Shown here: piece by piece, positions 1 through 8,565 of the stretch
Numbering within the stretch: the stretch's first letter is position 1
Layout: each line of letters opens with the position of its first letter
Virus record (IMG/VR): IMGVR_UViG_3300046103_003456
Location: 1 to 36,230 of that record
Length of the DNA stretch: 36,230 nucleotides
Source: a virus
Lineage: Duplodnaviria; Caudoviricetes
Direction: 5' to 3' (one strand)
The notes under the pieces: generated by a model
Databases searched by the model: none
What the model saw: the letters and a program-made list of their open reading frames with translations, nothing else
Told to the model about the DNA's origin: nothing
Translations under genes and position numbers: made by a program

Positions 1-25
1 CCGAAACCTCTTGATTACTGTGAGG

Positions 26-99
26 TGGTGCGGGCACCCGGGATCGAACCGGGGACACCAGCTTGGAAGGCTGGGGTTTTACCGCTAAACTATGCCCGC
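26..99 (-). tRNA. tRNA-Gly (anticodon TCC), intact, CCA encoded
   Basis: Reverse complement GCGGGCATAGTTTAGCGGTAAAACCCCAGCCTTCCAAGCTGGTGTCCCCGGTTCGATCCCGGGTGCCCGCACCA folds as a cloverleaf: acceptor GCGGGCA/TGCCCGC, anticodon stem CCAGC/GCTGG around CTTCCAA, T-loop TTCGATC, 3' CCA. Confidence 0.97.
59..99. repeat. left attachment site core (41-bp direct repeat, 5' half of tRNA-Gly)
   Basis: cagcttggaaggctggggttttaccgctaaactatgcccgc is identical to 35901-35941. Confidence 0.95.
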
Positions 100-178
100 T
101 AAATTCTCCTGAGAATCACTGTTTATGCGACTTCCATTGTTTTTATGACACTCAACTGAATTTTCCCTTGTTGCAAAT

Positions 179-195
179 TGCCAAAAGTTTTGGCA
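179..195. promoter_or_regulatory. Palindrome TGCCAAAA-G-TTTTGGCA; putative integrase arm-type site or operator
   Basis: Perfect 8-bp inverted repeat; the same octamer occurs five times at 35672-35828 next to the other att site. Confidence 0.65.
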
Positions 196-224
196 TCGTG
201 TTGTCTTAGCATAACCAAAGTCAA
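195..224 (-). promoter_or_regulatory. Candidate phage-supplied sigma70 promoter for tRNA-Gly
   Basis: Minus strand TTGACT-N18-CACGAT pointing at the tRNA, about 95 nt upstream of its 5' end; the -10 is imperfect. Confidence 0.4.
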
Positions 225-246
225 CTTCAACTAGAGGCAAATTTAG

Positions 247-1614
247 ATGGTAGCATTTCATAACTGGAACTCAGATCGTATAAGGATCACCCCTATCGGC
301 GACAAGTACAAAGTCCACGGAACGACCCCTGACGGTGAGCGTCATCGTTTTGTCGTTAATACCAAACCTGATGCTATCGTCGTTAAGAGAAAGATCGTTA
401 ATGGTGCCGGCGAAATCCAAGAAAGACCAACCGCACTTGGAGTTGACGAAGAAGCCGAAATTCACAAAGCGATTGCTGTGCTTGAGAGAGCTAAGAATTT
501 ACCCGAAGGTTTTACTTTGCTCGATGCCGCCGACTATGCCGTTAAGAATTATTCTGAAAAGCCTTTTACGGAAACCGAGTGGGAAGATGCCTTAAAAGCT
601 TTTCGTAGAAATCGATTGGAAGCCGGCAAGTCCGAGAGATCGATTGATAATGTTAAAAGTGTGGTCACCCGTTTATTTACGATTCTGAAATTGGTGACCG
701 TTGATCTTATCACTTCCGATCATATTAAAAGCTTCATTTCAACAGCTGGTGAAGCAAAAGGACCTTGGGCTGGACAAAATACCAACAAGACACGAACTAC
801 TCGTTCAAATGGGTTCAAGGACCTTCGTGCCTTTTTCAACTTCTGTGAGCGTGAGAAAATTCTTGAGTCAAATCCGTTTGACGGGTCGGTTACTTCACCC
901 GGCACAAACAAAAGAAAGATCGGCACTCTTTCCCTCGATGAAGTTAGAGAGCTACTGGAAGTCTGTCAGGGTTTTGATGCCGAACACACCGTTCCTTATT
1001 TTGCCTTGAGCTTGTTTGCAGGAGTACGTCCTGAAGAGTTGATTAACAAGGACGAGCATAAGCCTCGTTTAAAGTGGGAGAATTTTATTTGGAGGGACGG
1101 GGATGCAAAAGATAAGAAAGGTAAAAAGCTCTACTCGACTCTTGAGGTGGATGACGAGGTCGGCAAGGTTACGACACGTCGGGTAATCAAGCTACCAGAG
1201 GCTGCTGTGGCTTGGATTAAGCCTTTTGCTTTCGTGACTGATGCCAATGGTAAGGTTGTCGAGAAAAAGAGCGGGAACATCATTTCCCTCTCTTTTCCTG
1301 AATGGAGAGCTAAGAGCGAATACGTTCGGGCAAAGGCTGGTTATAAGGTTAAGGGTAAATTTAAGTCTTTCGATCCTGAACTTCACAAGGTTTCCAATGA
1401 CGATGACCGTAAGAAATGGATTCAGGATGGTCTTCGTCATACCTGTCTTACCTATTACCTTCCAACGGTGGACAACAATTTCCACATTGCTTCTGATTGG
1501 GCGGGTAATTCTCCTGCGGTTTACAAGCGCGATTACAATGCTCGCGTTAAAGGTGCTGACGATCTAACTCCAGAGCAAGAGGTCGATGAGTACTGGTCGA
1601 TTCTTCCAGCTTAA
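247..1614 (+). CDS. int: Tyrosine recombinase / phage integrase
   Basis: 455 aa; LFAGVRPEEL (catalytic R), GKVTTRRVIKLP (K), DGLRHTCLTY (box II), WAGNSPAVYKRDY (Tyr nucleophile); SAM-like core region (LRAFFNFC...NPF); adjacent to att site. Confidence 0.95.
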   Translation: MVAFHNWNSDRIRITPIGDKYKVHGTTPDGERHRFVVNTKPDAIVVKRKIVNGAGEIQERPTALGVDEEAEIHKAIAVLERAKNLPEGFTLLDAADYAVKNYSEKPFTETEWEDALKAFRRNRLEAGKSERSIDNVKSVVTRLFTILKLVTVDLITSDHIKSFISTAGEAKGPWAGQNTNKTRTTRSNGFKDLRAFFNFCEREKILESNPFDGSVTSPGTNKRKIGTLSLDEVRELLEVCQGFDAEHTVPYFALSLFAGVRPEELINKDEHKPRLKWENFIWRDGDAKDKKGKKLYSTLEVDDEVGKVTTRRVIKLPEAAVAWIKPFAFVTDANGKVVEKKSGNIISLSFPEWRAKSEYVRAKAGYKVKGKFKSFDPELHKVSNDDDRKKWIQDGLRHTCLTYYLPTVDNNFHIASDWAGNSPAVYKRDYNARVKGADDLTPEQEVDEYWSILPA

Positions 1615-1793
1615 CGTCTTCGTTTGCAGGAAAAATCTTCAACGAGTTTCTCAACGTCTTTTTCTTTGTAACGGACTAAAGTACCACTGAAAACGATACA
1701 GGGTAGCATCCCCTGTTGTTCCCAACGATGAATAGTGCGAGTTGAAACTTGTAAATGTTGAGCGACTTCTTCGCGTGTCATGATCTTGTCCAT
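1611..1793 (-). CDS. Excisionase-like helix-turn-helix protein (HTH_17/MerR-like)
   Basis: 60 aa; MTREEVAQHLQVSTRTIHRWEQQGMLP...VRYKEKDVE; convergent with int, stops overlap (ttaa). Confidence 0.8.
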   Translation of the reverse strand: MDKIMTREEVAQHLQVSTRTIHRWEQQGMLPCIVFSGTLVRYKEKDVEKLVEDFSCKRRR

Positions 1794-1817
1794 AATGCTT
1801 CTTTCGTCTAAAAGGAA

Positions 1818-2963
1818 TTAAATCTCCACCTCACTGATCCCGCTATCGCACTTGCGGCAGAAATCATCGTTAATGACGATCTTGCCTTGTAGCCTGAGTG
1901 AGGTGACATGACCGCTAAACAGCAGTTCGGTTACGCCGATATTGACGGCCCTGTTAAGCCACTCGGCTCGCCTCAACCCTTCATCGGGCAATAGATCAAG
2001 CAGACCCTCCGGGCTAATGTTGTTGGTTCGGCTTCCTGGCGTGTAAGTCCGAAATCGAGTGGGGTTCAGATCATCGCGCCTTTTCACGATAGGTGGAGTT
2101 ATTTCGACACAAAACGGGCCTTTATGCCTGTAATGTCTGGATGTAACCTCACAAATCGACACCCAGTCTTGTTCGTGATAGCTCATGGTCATGGCGACGT
2201 CGCAATATCTCGCAAGGACACCACTGCCTGCCATGCGGTCCGTAGATTCTTCACTCCCAGCTTTTCCTTTACGGAAGTGATGTGAAAATGAAAGAGCGGC
2301 TCCGCTACTGGCAGCTATTTTTTGAAGGCTTAAAACGAGTCGGGTCATTGACGCCGAATCGTTCTCGGAAAAATTCTCAGCCGTGCCGAAAATGTAAATC
2401 GGATCGACGATGATTAATCCAAAGGGAGGGAGGTCGTTCATTCTCGATTCCAAAATAGCAATCATCGATTCCAGATCGAGGTTTGGCTGTCGGGCTAAAT
2501 TCCACAAATGCAAGCCGTCAGGGACTCCGGGTAAGCCCAATTTTTTAGCTGCTTCCAATAGACGGGTTTGCGAAACATCCTGTCGCAACTCCAGATCAAT
2601 AATAAGTACATTGCTTTTTAGAGTTTTCTGACCAAGGAAAGGGACGCCTGCTGTGATGCAAAGAGCCAGTTGGAATTGAATTAGTGATTTGGCATTTTTC
2701 GGCGGAGCGCTGATGATCAGGAAATCCTGAACCGACAGGAAACCTTCAACTAGTTCGGGTCTTTTCTTGATTTCATGTAACGCTGGAAAATCGGCTCCAC
2801 CTACTATCGGCGGATACTCCGTTACCTCCACATACGGCACAACGGCCGGAGCGGCTACCTCCTCCGGCTTTGGAGCCGGAGAAGGCACATCCTTCGGGTA
2901 GTTATCGGGGTTGGCTAGGTAAGCGAAGAAATTGATTGAATCGTCGGGGGAGTTATTGATCAT
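1818..2963 (-). CDS. RepA/AAA_25-family replicative helicase-like ATPase
   Basis: Walker A-like APPKNAKS, VLIIDLE, Walker B LIIVDP, END, HHFRKG and R.AGSG motifs typical of RecA-fold RSF1010-RepA-like helicases. Confidence 0.85.
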   Translation of the reverse strand: MINNSPDDSINFFAYLANPDNYPKDVPSPAPKPEEVAAPAVVPYVEVTEYPPIVGGADFPALHEIKKRPELVEGFLSVQDFLIISAPPKNAKSLIQFQLALCITAGVPFLGQKTLKSNVLIIDLELRQDVSQTRLLEAAKKLGLPGVPDGLHLWNLARQPNLDLESMIAILESRMNDLPPFGLIIVDPIYIFGTAENFSENDSASMTRLVLSLQKIAASSGAALSFSHHFRKGKAGSEESTDRMAGSGVLARYCDVAMTMSYHEQDWVSICEVTSRHYRHKGPFCVEITPPIVKRRDDLNPTRFRTYTPGSRTNNISPEGLLDLLPDEGLRRAEWLNRAVNIGVTELLFSGHVTSLRLQGKIVINDDFCRKCDSGISEVEI

Positions 2964-3816
2964 TAAAATATAGTACTTTCTGGGTTTTGCCGTTGTCGGC
3001 GCGTTGGCCCCAAGGGAATCTAGTCAACTGAGAAGCCCTTAGAGACATTGAATCAGCTCCGAGTCTGACGCAGGTATCGGAGAAGTTCTGTAGCTTGTCT
3101 TTGAGAGGTGTACGGGCATCAAACATGGCATGGAGTGAAACATTCGCCGACCAAGTTATCATTCTCAGCGGGAGTAAAGTTGAAAGGTATTCCAGTATGC
3201 CTGCTTGAGCATCCCAGTCTCCCGCAAGTTCAGGACGGTCAGTCTCAAAAACAATGTAGGGCTGGCTTAATACGTTTTTCAGCACTCGACCTCCGTCCGG
3301 ATCGGCGAATGCGCAACTGCACATAAACTGCATTTTATCCAAGCCGGTCCATTCGGACCGAGGTTTCACCTGTCCTTCAAAAATAGTCGGCGAGAGGTGG
3401 AGTAGGGTGGATGGATCGGGAAAAAGCTTCTCAAGGATTACGGCAGGGTCGTTGGGGATAGGGCCGCTTTTCTGCCTTAACTTATCAATACTCCCTTTTG
3501 CCGCCATCTCTTGGATGAGAGCGGGAGAGATTTTAACTGCGCGGCTGGGTTTCTGGAAATCTTTCAAGCTAGTGGGTTCGTCTTCGTCGAAGATCAGTTT
3601 AATGACGTTCGCTATTTCTTTTGGCTTGGGTTGACGTCGGCCCACCGTATTTGACGCTCTATTCAACAACTCGTTCGTTTGTGTTGTAGAAAAGCCTGAT
3701 TCGTATAAAACTCTACCGCCGACTAGCATCTTATAGTGATACTCCTGAAACTCTCCGCCTTCCGCTCTCTTCTGGAGGTCGGTGAAGTGCATCCAAGCTG
3801 GTTTGCCGACCTTCAC
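2953..3816 (-). CDS. Putative primase-like (AEP/RepB'-type) replication protein
   Basis: 287 aa coupled to the helicase; IVFETD (acidic motif), WSANVSLHAMF (SxH-type motif), GAD...SQLTRFPWGQR (R.P motif). Confidence 0.6.
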   Translation of the reverse strand: MKVGKPAWMHFTDLQKRAEGGEFQEYHYKMLVGGRVLYESGFSTTQTNELLNRASNTVGRRQPKPKEIANVIKLIFDEDEPTSLKDFQKPSRAVKISPALIQEMAAKGSIDKLRQKSGPIPNDPAVILEKLFPDPSTLLHLSPTIFEGQVKPRSEWTGLDKMQFMCSCAFADPDGGRVLKNVLSQPYIVFETDRPELAGDWDAQAGILEYLSTLLPLRMITWSANVSLHAMFDARTPLKDKLQNFSDTCVRLGADSMSLRASQLTRFPWGQRADNGKTQKVLYFNDQ

Positions 3817-5282
3817 TTGGAATGCCTCCTGACCTGCTTAACGATCCAAGCAACGACATTGGAAGTAACTCCATTGCCAGCCTGTTTGTAGATCGGAGTG
3901 TCTTTTTGCTCGATGGTTTTTCCCGTCTTGATCCAGCGGTTACCTTCAAGTTTCAATACATCACGATATTTACAATGATCGTCCGGCCAGCTTTGAAGGC
4001 GCATGACCTCGATTGGAGTTAATCTGCGAACCATAAAAGCTCCATTCATAGCGACCATACCTTCCACTAGTTTGCCGTCGATGTATTCGAGGGTGGGGTT
4101 CATCTGGACCGGGTTTTCAAAAGCCACACCTTGCCCCTCTCCGCCTTGGTTGGCTCTCAAGGGCATACTTATGTCTTCGGCTGATTTTGGGGTGGGATCA
4201 CCGTTCCAGCTTATCACTTTTGGGCCGCTGGTATTCGGCGCTCCTGTGGCCGAGGTTACTGTAACGGTAGTATCGCCAGTAATGGTTCCGTTGTAGACGT
4301 CGACGCCATAGACCATGTTAAATCCATCAGTACGGCTATAGTCATGGGAGAACGTATCGACAGGTTCGGCGATTTCGCCAGTTATCAATACCTCACTCCC
4401 TCCGCCAAGGTCGCCACCGTGACTTCTCAACGTTCCGCAGTCGGCTCCGACGTACTGTCCGAAGCCCGAAATTCCAAAGCTTCCTTGAGCAGCGGAGGTA
4501 GGGTTCGATCTCTTTTTTCGCTTCGGTTTAGTATCCCCTGACAAGCTTTCGGACTGAGGTAATAGCGATCTAATCCAGTGGTCGTCTTCTCCAGAATTTC
4601 CGACAGATACGGCATAGATACGTCTTCTTCGCTGGGCCACTCCGAAGAATTGACTGTCAAGGATGCGCCATCCGACTTTCCTTTGCGGCCCAGTAACCAC
4701 ACCTGAGTAGTGCCATTCATGTCCTTCTGGTGGAACGATGGGTCCGTCTGTCCCCACCAAGCCTCCGAGGAAATGGCCGAAGGCGTTGTCTTTTGAGGAC
4801 AACGCTCCGAGGACGTTTTCCCAGATGACGACTGGGGCTGAGAGTTGTTTTGTTTTTCGGTATTCATCAATTTGTTTTATTAGTTGGTTAAATTTGAGAG
4901 CGACCCTAGCGCGTGGGTCTTTAAGGGATAAGCGCTTACCTGCAATCGACCAAGCTTGGCAGGGTGTGCCAGCCGCTATGATCAAGTTTTTACCATCCAA
5001 AGGCAGGTCCTTCAGACATATATTATTTAAATCAGCGAATAGGGGGACATCGGGGTGATTATGGGAGTAAACCCCTGCCGCCGACTTATCTAGTTCTACG
5101 GCGGCAACAGGCTTGGCTATTGATTTCAAGCCAAGACCGATGCCACCGACCCCTGCACAAAACTCAATCAAATCGAATCTGTTTTTTGATTCGGATTCAC
5201 CGTGCTTCATAGCGTCTTCTTGCAACTTTATTTGGCCAAGCTGTTCCAGCCACGTTGGCTGAAAATTTTGACGATCATCCAC
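3813..5282 (-). CDS. DNA (cytosine-5)-methyltransferase, orphan
   Basis: Motif I FCAGVGG, IV GTPCQAWS, VI WENV, VIII QRRRRIY, IX RRLTPIEVMRLQSWPDD, X YKQAGNGV; GTG start overlaps the upstream TAG. Confidence 0.95.
   Translation of the reverse strand: MDDRQNFQPTWLEQLGQIKLQEDAMKHGESESKNRFDLIEFCAGVGGIGLGLKSIAKPVAAVELDKSAAGVYSHNHPDVPLFADLNNICLKDLPLDGKNLIIAAGTPCQAWSIAGKRLSLKDPRARVALKFNQLIKQIDEYRKTKQLSAPVVIWENVLGALSSKDNAFGHFLGGLVGTDGPIVPPEGHEWHYSGVVTGPQRKVGWRILDSQFFGVAQRRRRIYAVSVGNSGEDDHWIRSLLPQSESLSGDTKPKRKKRSNPTSAAQGSFGISGFGQYVGADCGTLRSHGGDLGGGSEVLITGEIAEPVDTFSHDYSRTDGFNMVYGVDVYNGTITGDTTVTVTSATGAPNTSGPKVISWNGDPTPKSAEDISMPLRANQGGEGQGVAFENPVQMNPTLEYIDGKLVEGMVAMNGAFMVRRLTPIEVMRLQSWPDDHCKYRDVLKLEGNRWIKTGKTIEQKDTPIYKQAGNGVTSNVVAWIVKQVRRHSK
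4427..4870 (-). CDS. Nested alternative-frame ORF resembling the beta polypeptide of M.EcoHK31I-type methyltransferases
   Basis: Same strand, different frame, wholly inside the MTase; ends SLTVNSSEWPS...LSEILE...RYYLSPKACQGILNRSEKRDRTLPPLLKEALE, recalled as the beta-subunit signature; ATG at 4867. Confidence 0.75.
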   Translation of the reverse strand: MMNTEKQNNSQPQSSSGKTSSERCPQKTTPSAISSEAWWGQTDPSFHQKDMNGTTQVWLLGRKGKSDGASLTVNSSEWPSEEDVSMPYLSEILEKTTTGLDRYYLSPKACQGILNRSEKRDRTLPPLLKEALEFRASDSTSEPTAER

Positions 5283-5689
5283 TAGTTACGCTCCGTGTTT
5301 TGGTGGGCTGCCGGGGTTACGGAACCGTCTGGAAAAAACATTTCCACTTGCCCGTTTGGCCCGATACCAAGTTGAGTCATTAACTCAGCGGCTTTATCGG
5401 GATTGATCCCCGTGAGCCTGACATTACGTTTAGTTTCAGGACAGATTTTTGAGCCTGCTTCCACTACCGCATCTTTCCTATATAACTGGTTTATATACGG
5501 GCGGCTGTCATTCATATCGTTGAGCTTCAACTGATTTTTAACCTCTCGATCCGTCATAGGCCCTTTGTTTACAAAGGTTATAAAAATATCAAAAATATGA
5601 GTATTTGGCTTTATTGTTAGAGAGAATAATTCCTTAAGCACTTGCTTGGAATTTTTATGTGTCTTCGGGTTTTTTTTCTTTTTTTTCAT
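5282..5689 (-). CDS. Winged-helix DNA-binding protein (phage)
   Basis: GPMTDREVKNQLKLNDMNDSRPYINQL...VVEAG...CPETKRNVR. Start placed at ATG 5689 (MKKKKK); the ORF is open to 5755. Confidence 0.65.
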   Translation of the reverse strand: MKKKKKNPKTHKNSKQVLKELFSLTIKPNTHIFDIFITFVNKGPMTDREVKNQLKLNDMNDSRPYINQLYRKDAVVEAGSKICPETKRNVRLTGINPDKAAELMTQLGIGPNGQVEMFFPDGSVTPAAHQNTERN

Positions 5690-5735
5690 GATTTTATATA
5701 TTTGGGGGTTAGTATTAAAGTAGTAGTTTTCATGG

Positions 5736-6524
5736 TTATTTTTGTCTCGAATCAAAATTCCTATTGATCCAAAAGTTGAGTAAGTGAGTGAAATTTAAAT
5801 AATGGCCGAGCAAGTCGTTTGGGGAATAGTAGACCACCTCAAAACGAGCTTCTTTTGTATCGGGATTACGCTCAGTTGTTGAGACGAAGGCATTCCAGCC
5901 AAAGACCTTTTTTTCCAGAAATTCCCTTGGCCATCGCGATGCAGCATATGCTGCAATTTGCTCCGGGTGCTGGGGATAAGGTTTGATTATCTTGTCCCTT
6001 GGGGATGTCTTTTTGCTTTTCCAATCGCCAATACACAAATATGCATCGCCGTAAGGTTTTTTTGCTTTGGCGGCAATATCGATGGTTCCGCCATATCCTG
6101 CGGCTTTATTTATTGTGATTTGCTCGACCTCGACTTCCAAAAATTCCTTTTTTTTCCACCATTTAATAGCTGGTGACAATAAATGCTGGATTTCCAGTGG
6201 GGCTTGCTGGACCGTTTTTTCGCCAGAAATTATTTTGGCGATCCAATCATGAAAGAGGCTACCAGTCTTACTTGGCTTACTCGTTTTTTCTTTCGTCAGA
6301 TTTTTTATTAGGTCCCTGTATTTAAACGTGCCAAGTCCGTTAGCGAGTGTTGTCCGAGCCGTCTCAATATTTTCGTTGAGAATCCAATTCTGTAGCTCTT
6401 TTCTATTTTCCAAATCGGAAATCGTACTAAAGCTGGGCAGCAGCCCCTGACGGCGCGCCCTTGATAAGGACGCCCCGTGGCAGGGTTGCTTGCTCAGATC
6501 GTACCAGTGGTCACCGTCTTCCAT
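5736..6524 (-). CDS. PD-(D/E)XK nuclease (phage exonuclease-like)
   Basis: GSLFHDWI, E, GYGGTIDI, IGDWKSKK, QIAAYA motifs. Confidence 0.85.
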   Translation of the reverse strand: MEDGDHWYDLSKQPCHGASLSRARRQGLLPSFSTISDLENRKELQNWILNENIETARTTLANGLGTFKYRDLIKNLTKEKTSKPSKTGSLFHDWIAKIISGEKTVQQAPLEIQHLLSPAIKWWKKKEFLEVEVEQITINKAAGYGGTIDIAAKAKKPYGDAYLCIGDWKSKKTSPRDKIIKPYPQHPEQIAAYAASRWPREFLEKKVFGWNAFVSTTERNPDTKEARFEVVYYSPNDLLGHYLNFTHLLNFWINRNFDSRQK

Positions 6525-7108
6525 TAAAATGGGTCCGGTGTAGGGTTGGTATTAGCTGTAGGCTGCAAGGCAGGTACGCTTGTACTTTTAGGTGGAGAGT
6601 ACACGTTCGCCTTCGGCAAAGTAAACTCCGACAATAGAGGAACGGAATCCTCCAACTGCGGCATTACGGGAGACACTAGACCTTCGCTAATCTTGGCCCT
6701 TTTTACACCCTTGCCGTCAGTGTAAATTTCGACGCTGATTTGGGCGGCCTTGCCTATCATGCTGTCCAGATCAAAAGTACCGTCAACTGGCATGGGATGG
6801 CCTAGCCAACTGGAAAACAACTTGTTCAAACTGCTTCTTGGAGAAGCAGCACAATCAGTCACAAGCTCCTTCGACTGAAGGTAGATTTCTTTGTCATTTT
6901 CAACTTTCCCAAAAAGAAGGCGCATTACGTTTACGGCTTCTTCCTCTTCCGACTGAAATTTTCTACGAATGACCTCTTGGCTGTAATTCGTGCCAAGACA
7001 CCTGTAGATACCAACTCCCGATTGGGGTAGGTCTGCGTTACTGCCAGTTTGCCAACCGGTCATCGGACCAGTGTTGCCTGAGGAAGCTTTTACTATAAAT
7101 CCACTCAT
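6524..7108 (-). CDS. Putative single-stranded DNA-binding protein
   Basis: 194 aa; FDLDSMIGKAAQISV beta-rich segment, flexible tail ending DPF; coupled to the nuclease (TAATG). Confidence 0.55.
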   Translation of the reverse strand: MSGFIVKASSGNTGPMTGWQTGSNADLPQSGVGIYRCLGTNYSQEVIRRKFQSEEEEAVNVMRLLFGKVENDKEIYLQSKELVTDCAASPRSSLNKLFSSWLGHPMPVDGTFDLDSMIGKAAQISVEIYTDGKGVKRAKISEGLVSPVMPQLEDSVPLLSEFTLPKANVYSPPKSTSVPALQPTANTNPTPDPF

Positions 7109-7210
7109 AGTGTTACCCCCTTTACTTGTTCTGGCTGCAAAAGCTCGCAGCCGACGTTAGATTGAGTTAAACCTGCCAAAATGGCGCGATTTAACCCTAG
7201 TTTAATATAC

Positions 7211-7696
7211 TTATTCATAAATTGTTTGAAAAAATTGATTCGCCCAAGCCGCGATAAGCAGCGCATCGGCTGTCTGAAGGGTTGGTTTTAGATGTGGGAA
7301 TCGACTTGTGGCCAAGTCGCGCAATTGCCTTTTCCTTGCTGGCCCAGTAAGACCCTTTAATCCGGGCAGACCTTTTTGCCATTCTTGGGGGCGTACTGTT
7401 TGGACGGATAATCCAAGCCCACGGGCCGCGCCTATTAGTTCTCCGAAATTACGATGGAGGGTAGCTGCGGTGTGGCTGGGTACAAAACTACCTGTCGTCT
7501 TGGGGACCTCCTCAACGAGGACCTTTGTTTGGAGCTTATATTTAAAGCTAGTAAAAGGGGACAGGTGTGCGATCCAGTCCGTTAAGGTAGTCAGTTTGAA
7601 AGCTTTCAGATCACTCAGGTCAGCTTTTTGAGTTACCGCAAAAGAACCCTTTTTGCCGGGGTCAACGGCGATAATGATGGGGGATTGCTTGCTCAT
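7211..7696 (-). CDS. RuvC-like Holliday junction resolvase
   Basis: IIAVDPGKKG, LVEEVP, RNFGELIG, VRPQEWQK, TADALLIA. Confidence 0.85.
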   Translation of the reverse strand: MSKQSPIIIAVDPGKKGSFAVTQKADLSDLKAFKLTTLTDWIAHLSPFTSFKYKLQTKVLVEEVPKTTGSFVPSHTAATLHRNFGELIGAARGLGLSVQTVRPQEWQKGLPGLKGLTGPARKRQLRDLATSRFPHLKPTLQTADALLIAAWANQFFQTIYE

Positions 7697-7698
7697 CT

Positions 7699-7884
7699 TT
7701 ACAGGTCGATCCCGAAATGAGATTCAAGGTCTTTGCGGCGGTATCTTTTGATGGGGGTTTTACTATCAACGGGCTGGAGCCATCCTTGCTGCTGATATTT
7801 TAAAAGTGTGCGCGGGGTAACTTGTAGGATTTGTGCTACCTGTTTCGCCGTCAAAAGGGGTGGGATTTTGTTTAATGTATTCAT
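7699..7884 (-). CDS. Helix-turn-helix protein (MerR/Xis-like), first gene of the early block
   Basis: LLTAKQVAQILQVTPRTLLKYQQQGWLQP...RYRRKDLE; same fold class as 1611-1793. Confidence 0.8.
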   Translation of the reverse strand: MNTLNKIPPLLTAKQVAQILQVTPRTLLKYQQQGWLQPVDSKTPIKRYRRKDLESHFGIDL

Positions 7885-8186
7885 GCTTTATTATTTAAAA
7901 AAGTGTTTTCCAAATGGATGATTTCTTATTATTAGCGAAAAAAGAAAAACTAATGCGCCTTTTTTCCATTTATTTTTAAAATTTCTTTAGAATGCCGATA
8001 AATACTGAGCTTTCGCTCTGATATTATTTTTCTTTTGTTTCCGAAATTAGGCATAGCTGTCGCGGTTATGTATTATGATAAAATTCCAAACCCACTTTTT
8101 CTACTTTTGGGGTGTTTTTTTTTAAGATTTCTTGAATTTTCTTTTGAAAGCCTGATAAACAATGGCTTTGGTGATAAAAGTTTTTT
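7885..8186. promoter_or_regulatory. Very AT-rich non-coding control region upstream of the early operon
   Basis: About 300 bp of A/T tracts; imperfect direct repeat tttagaatgccgataaatactgagcttt (7986-8013) / ttttgaaagcctgataaacaatggcttt (8142-8169). Confidence 0.55.
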
Positions 8187-8375
8187 TCAACTTTCTTCAA
8201 AAAAATCTTCGTCGGCTTCAAATTCGACTGTATCTTGGTCCATCCACAGGCTTATTGCCACGCAAGCTGTGTCCGCCAAGTCTTCGTCTTGAAGGTCGGA
8301 TTCCTCCGTCCAGCGATTAAGTACGGCTATGACTTCATTCGCAAACTGCGCCCTCGCGCGCGCTTCCTTATCCAT
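8187..8375 (-). CDS. Small acidic hypothetical phage protein
   Basis: 62 aa; overlaps the upstream gene; last gene of the portal block. Confidence 0.65.
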   Translation of the reverse strand: MDKEARARAQFANEVIAVLNRWTEESDLQDEDLADTACVAISLWMDQDTVEFEADEDFFEES

Positions 8376-8565
8376 CGAAGGTCCTTATGATTCTATCCAA
8401 GGCGGCTATCTCTCCAGCAAGTCTAGCCAGCTTTGTCGGATTGTCCGTGAGATCGGAATGCTGAAAATCCATCAATGCCGACTCTCGTTCTTGATTTAGA
8501 TGAGAAAGAACCAGTTCCCAATCCGGACGGTCTTTCAGGGTCTTTAGTGCTTCTGATAAATTCAT
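8368..8565 (-). CDS. Small helical protein following portal
   Basis: 65 aa; ATGA-coupled to portal; RLAGEIAALDRII resembles small post-portal proteins of podoviruses. Confidence 0.7.
   Translation of the reverse strand: MNLSEALKTLKDRPDWELVLSHLNQERESALMDFQHSDLTDNPTKLARLAGEIAALDRIIRTFDG

Noticed and set aside
5736-6524. Cas4 / CRISPR-associated call
   Set aside because: PD-(D/E)XK motifs are present but the Fe-S cysteine set is not (only two Cys); context is phage recombination.
8035-8292. 85-aa hydrophobic plus-strand ORF
   Set aside because: Hydrophobicity derives from T-tracts of the control region; it overlaps a coupled minus-strand gene.
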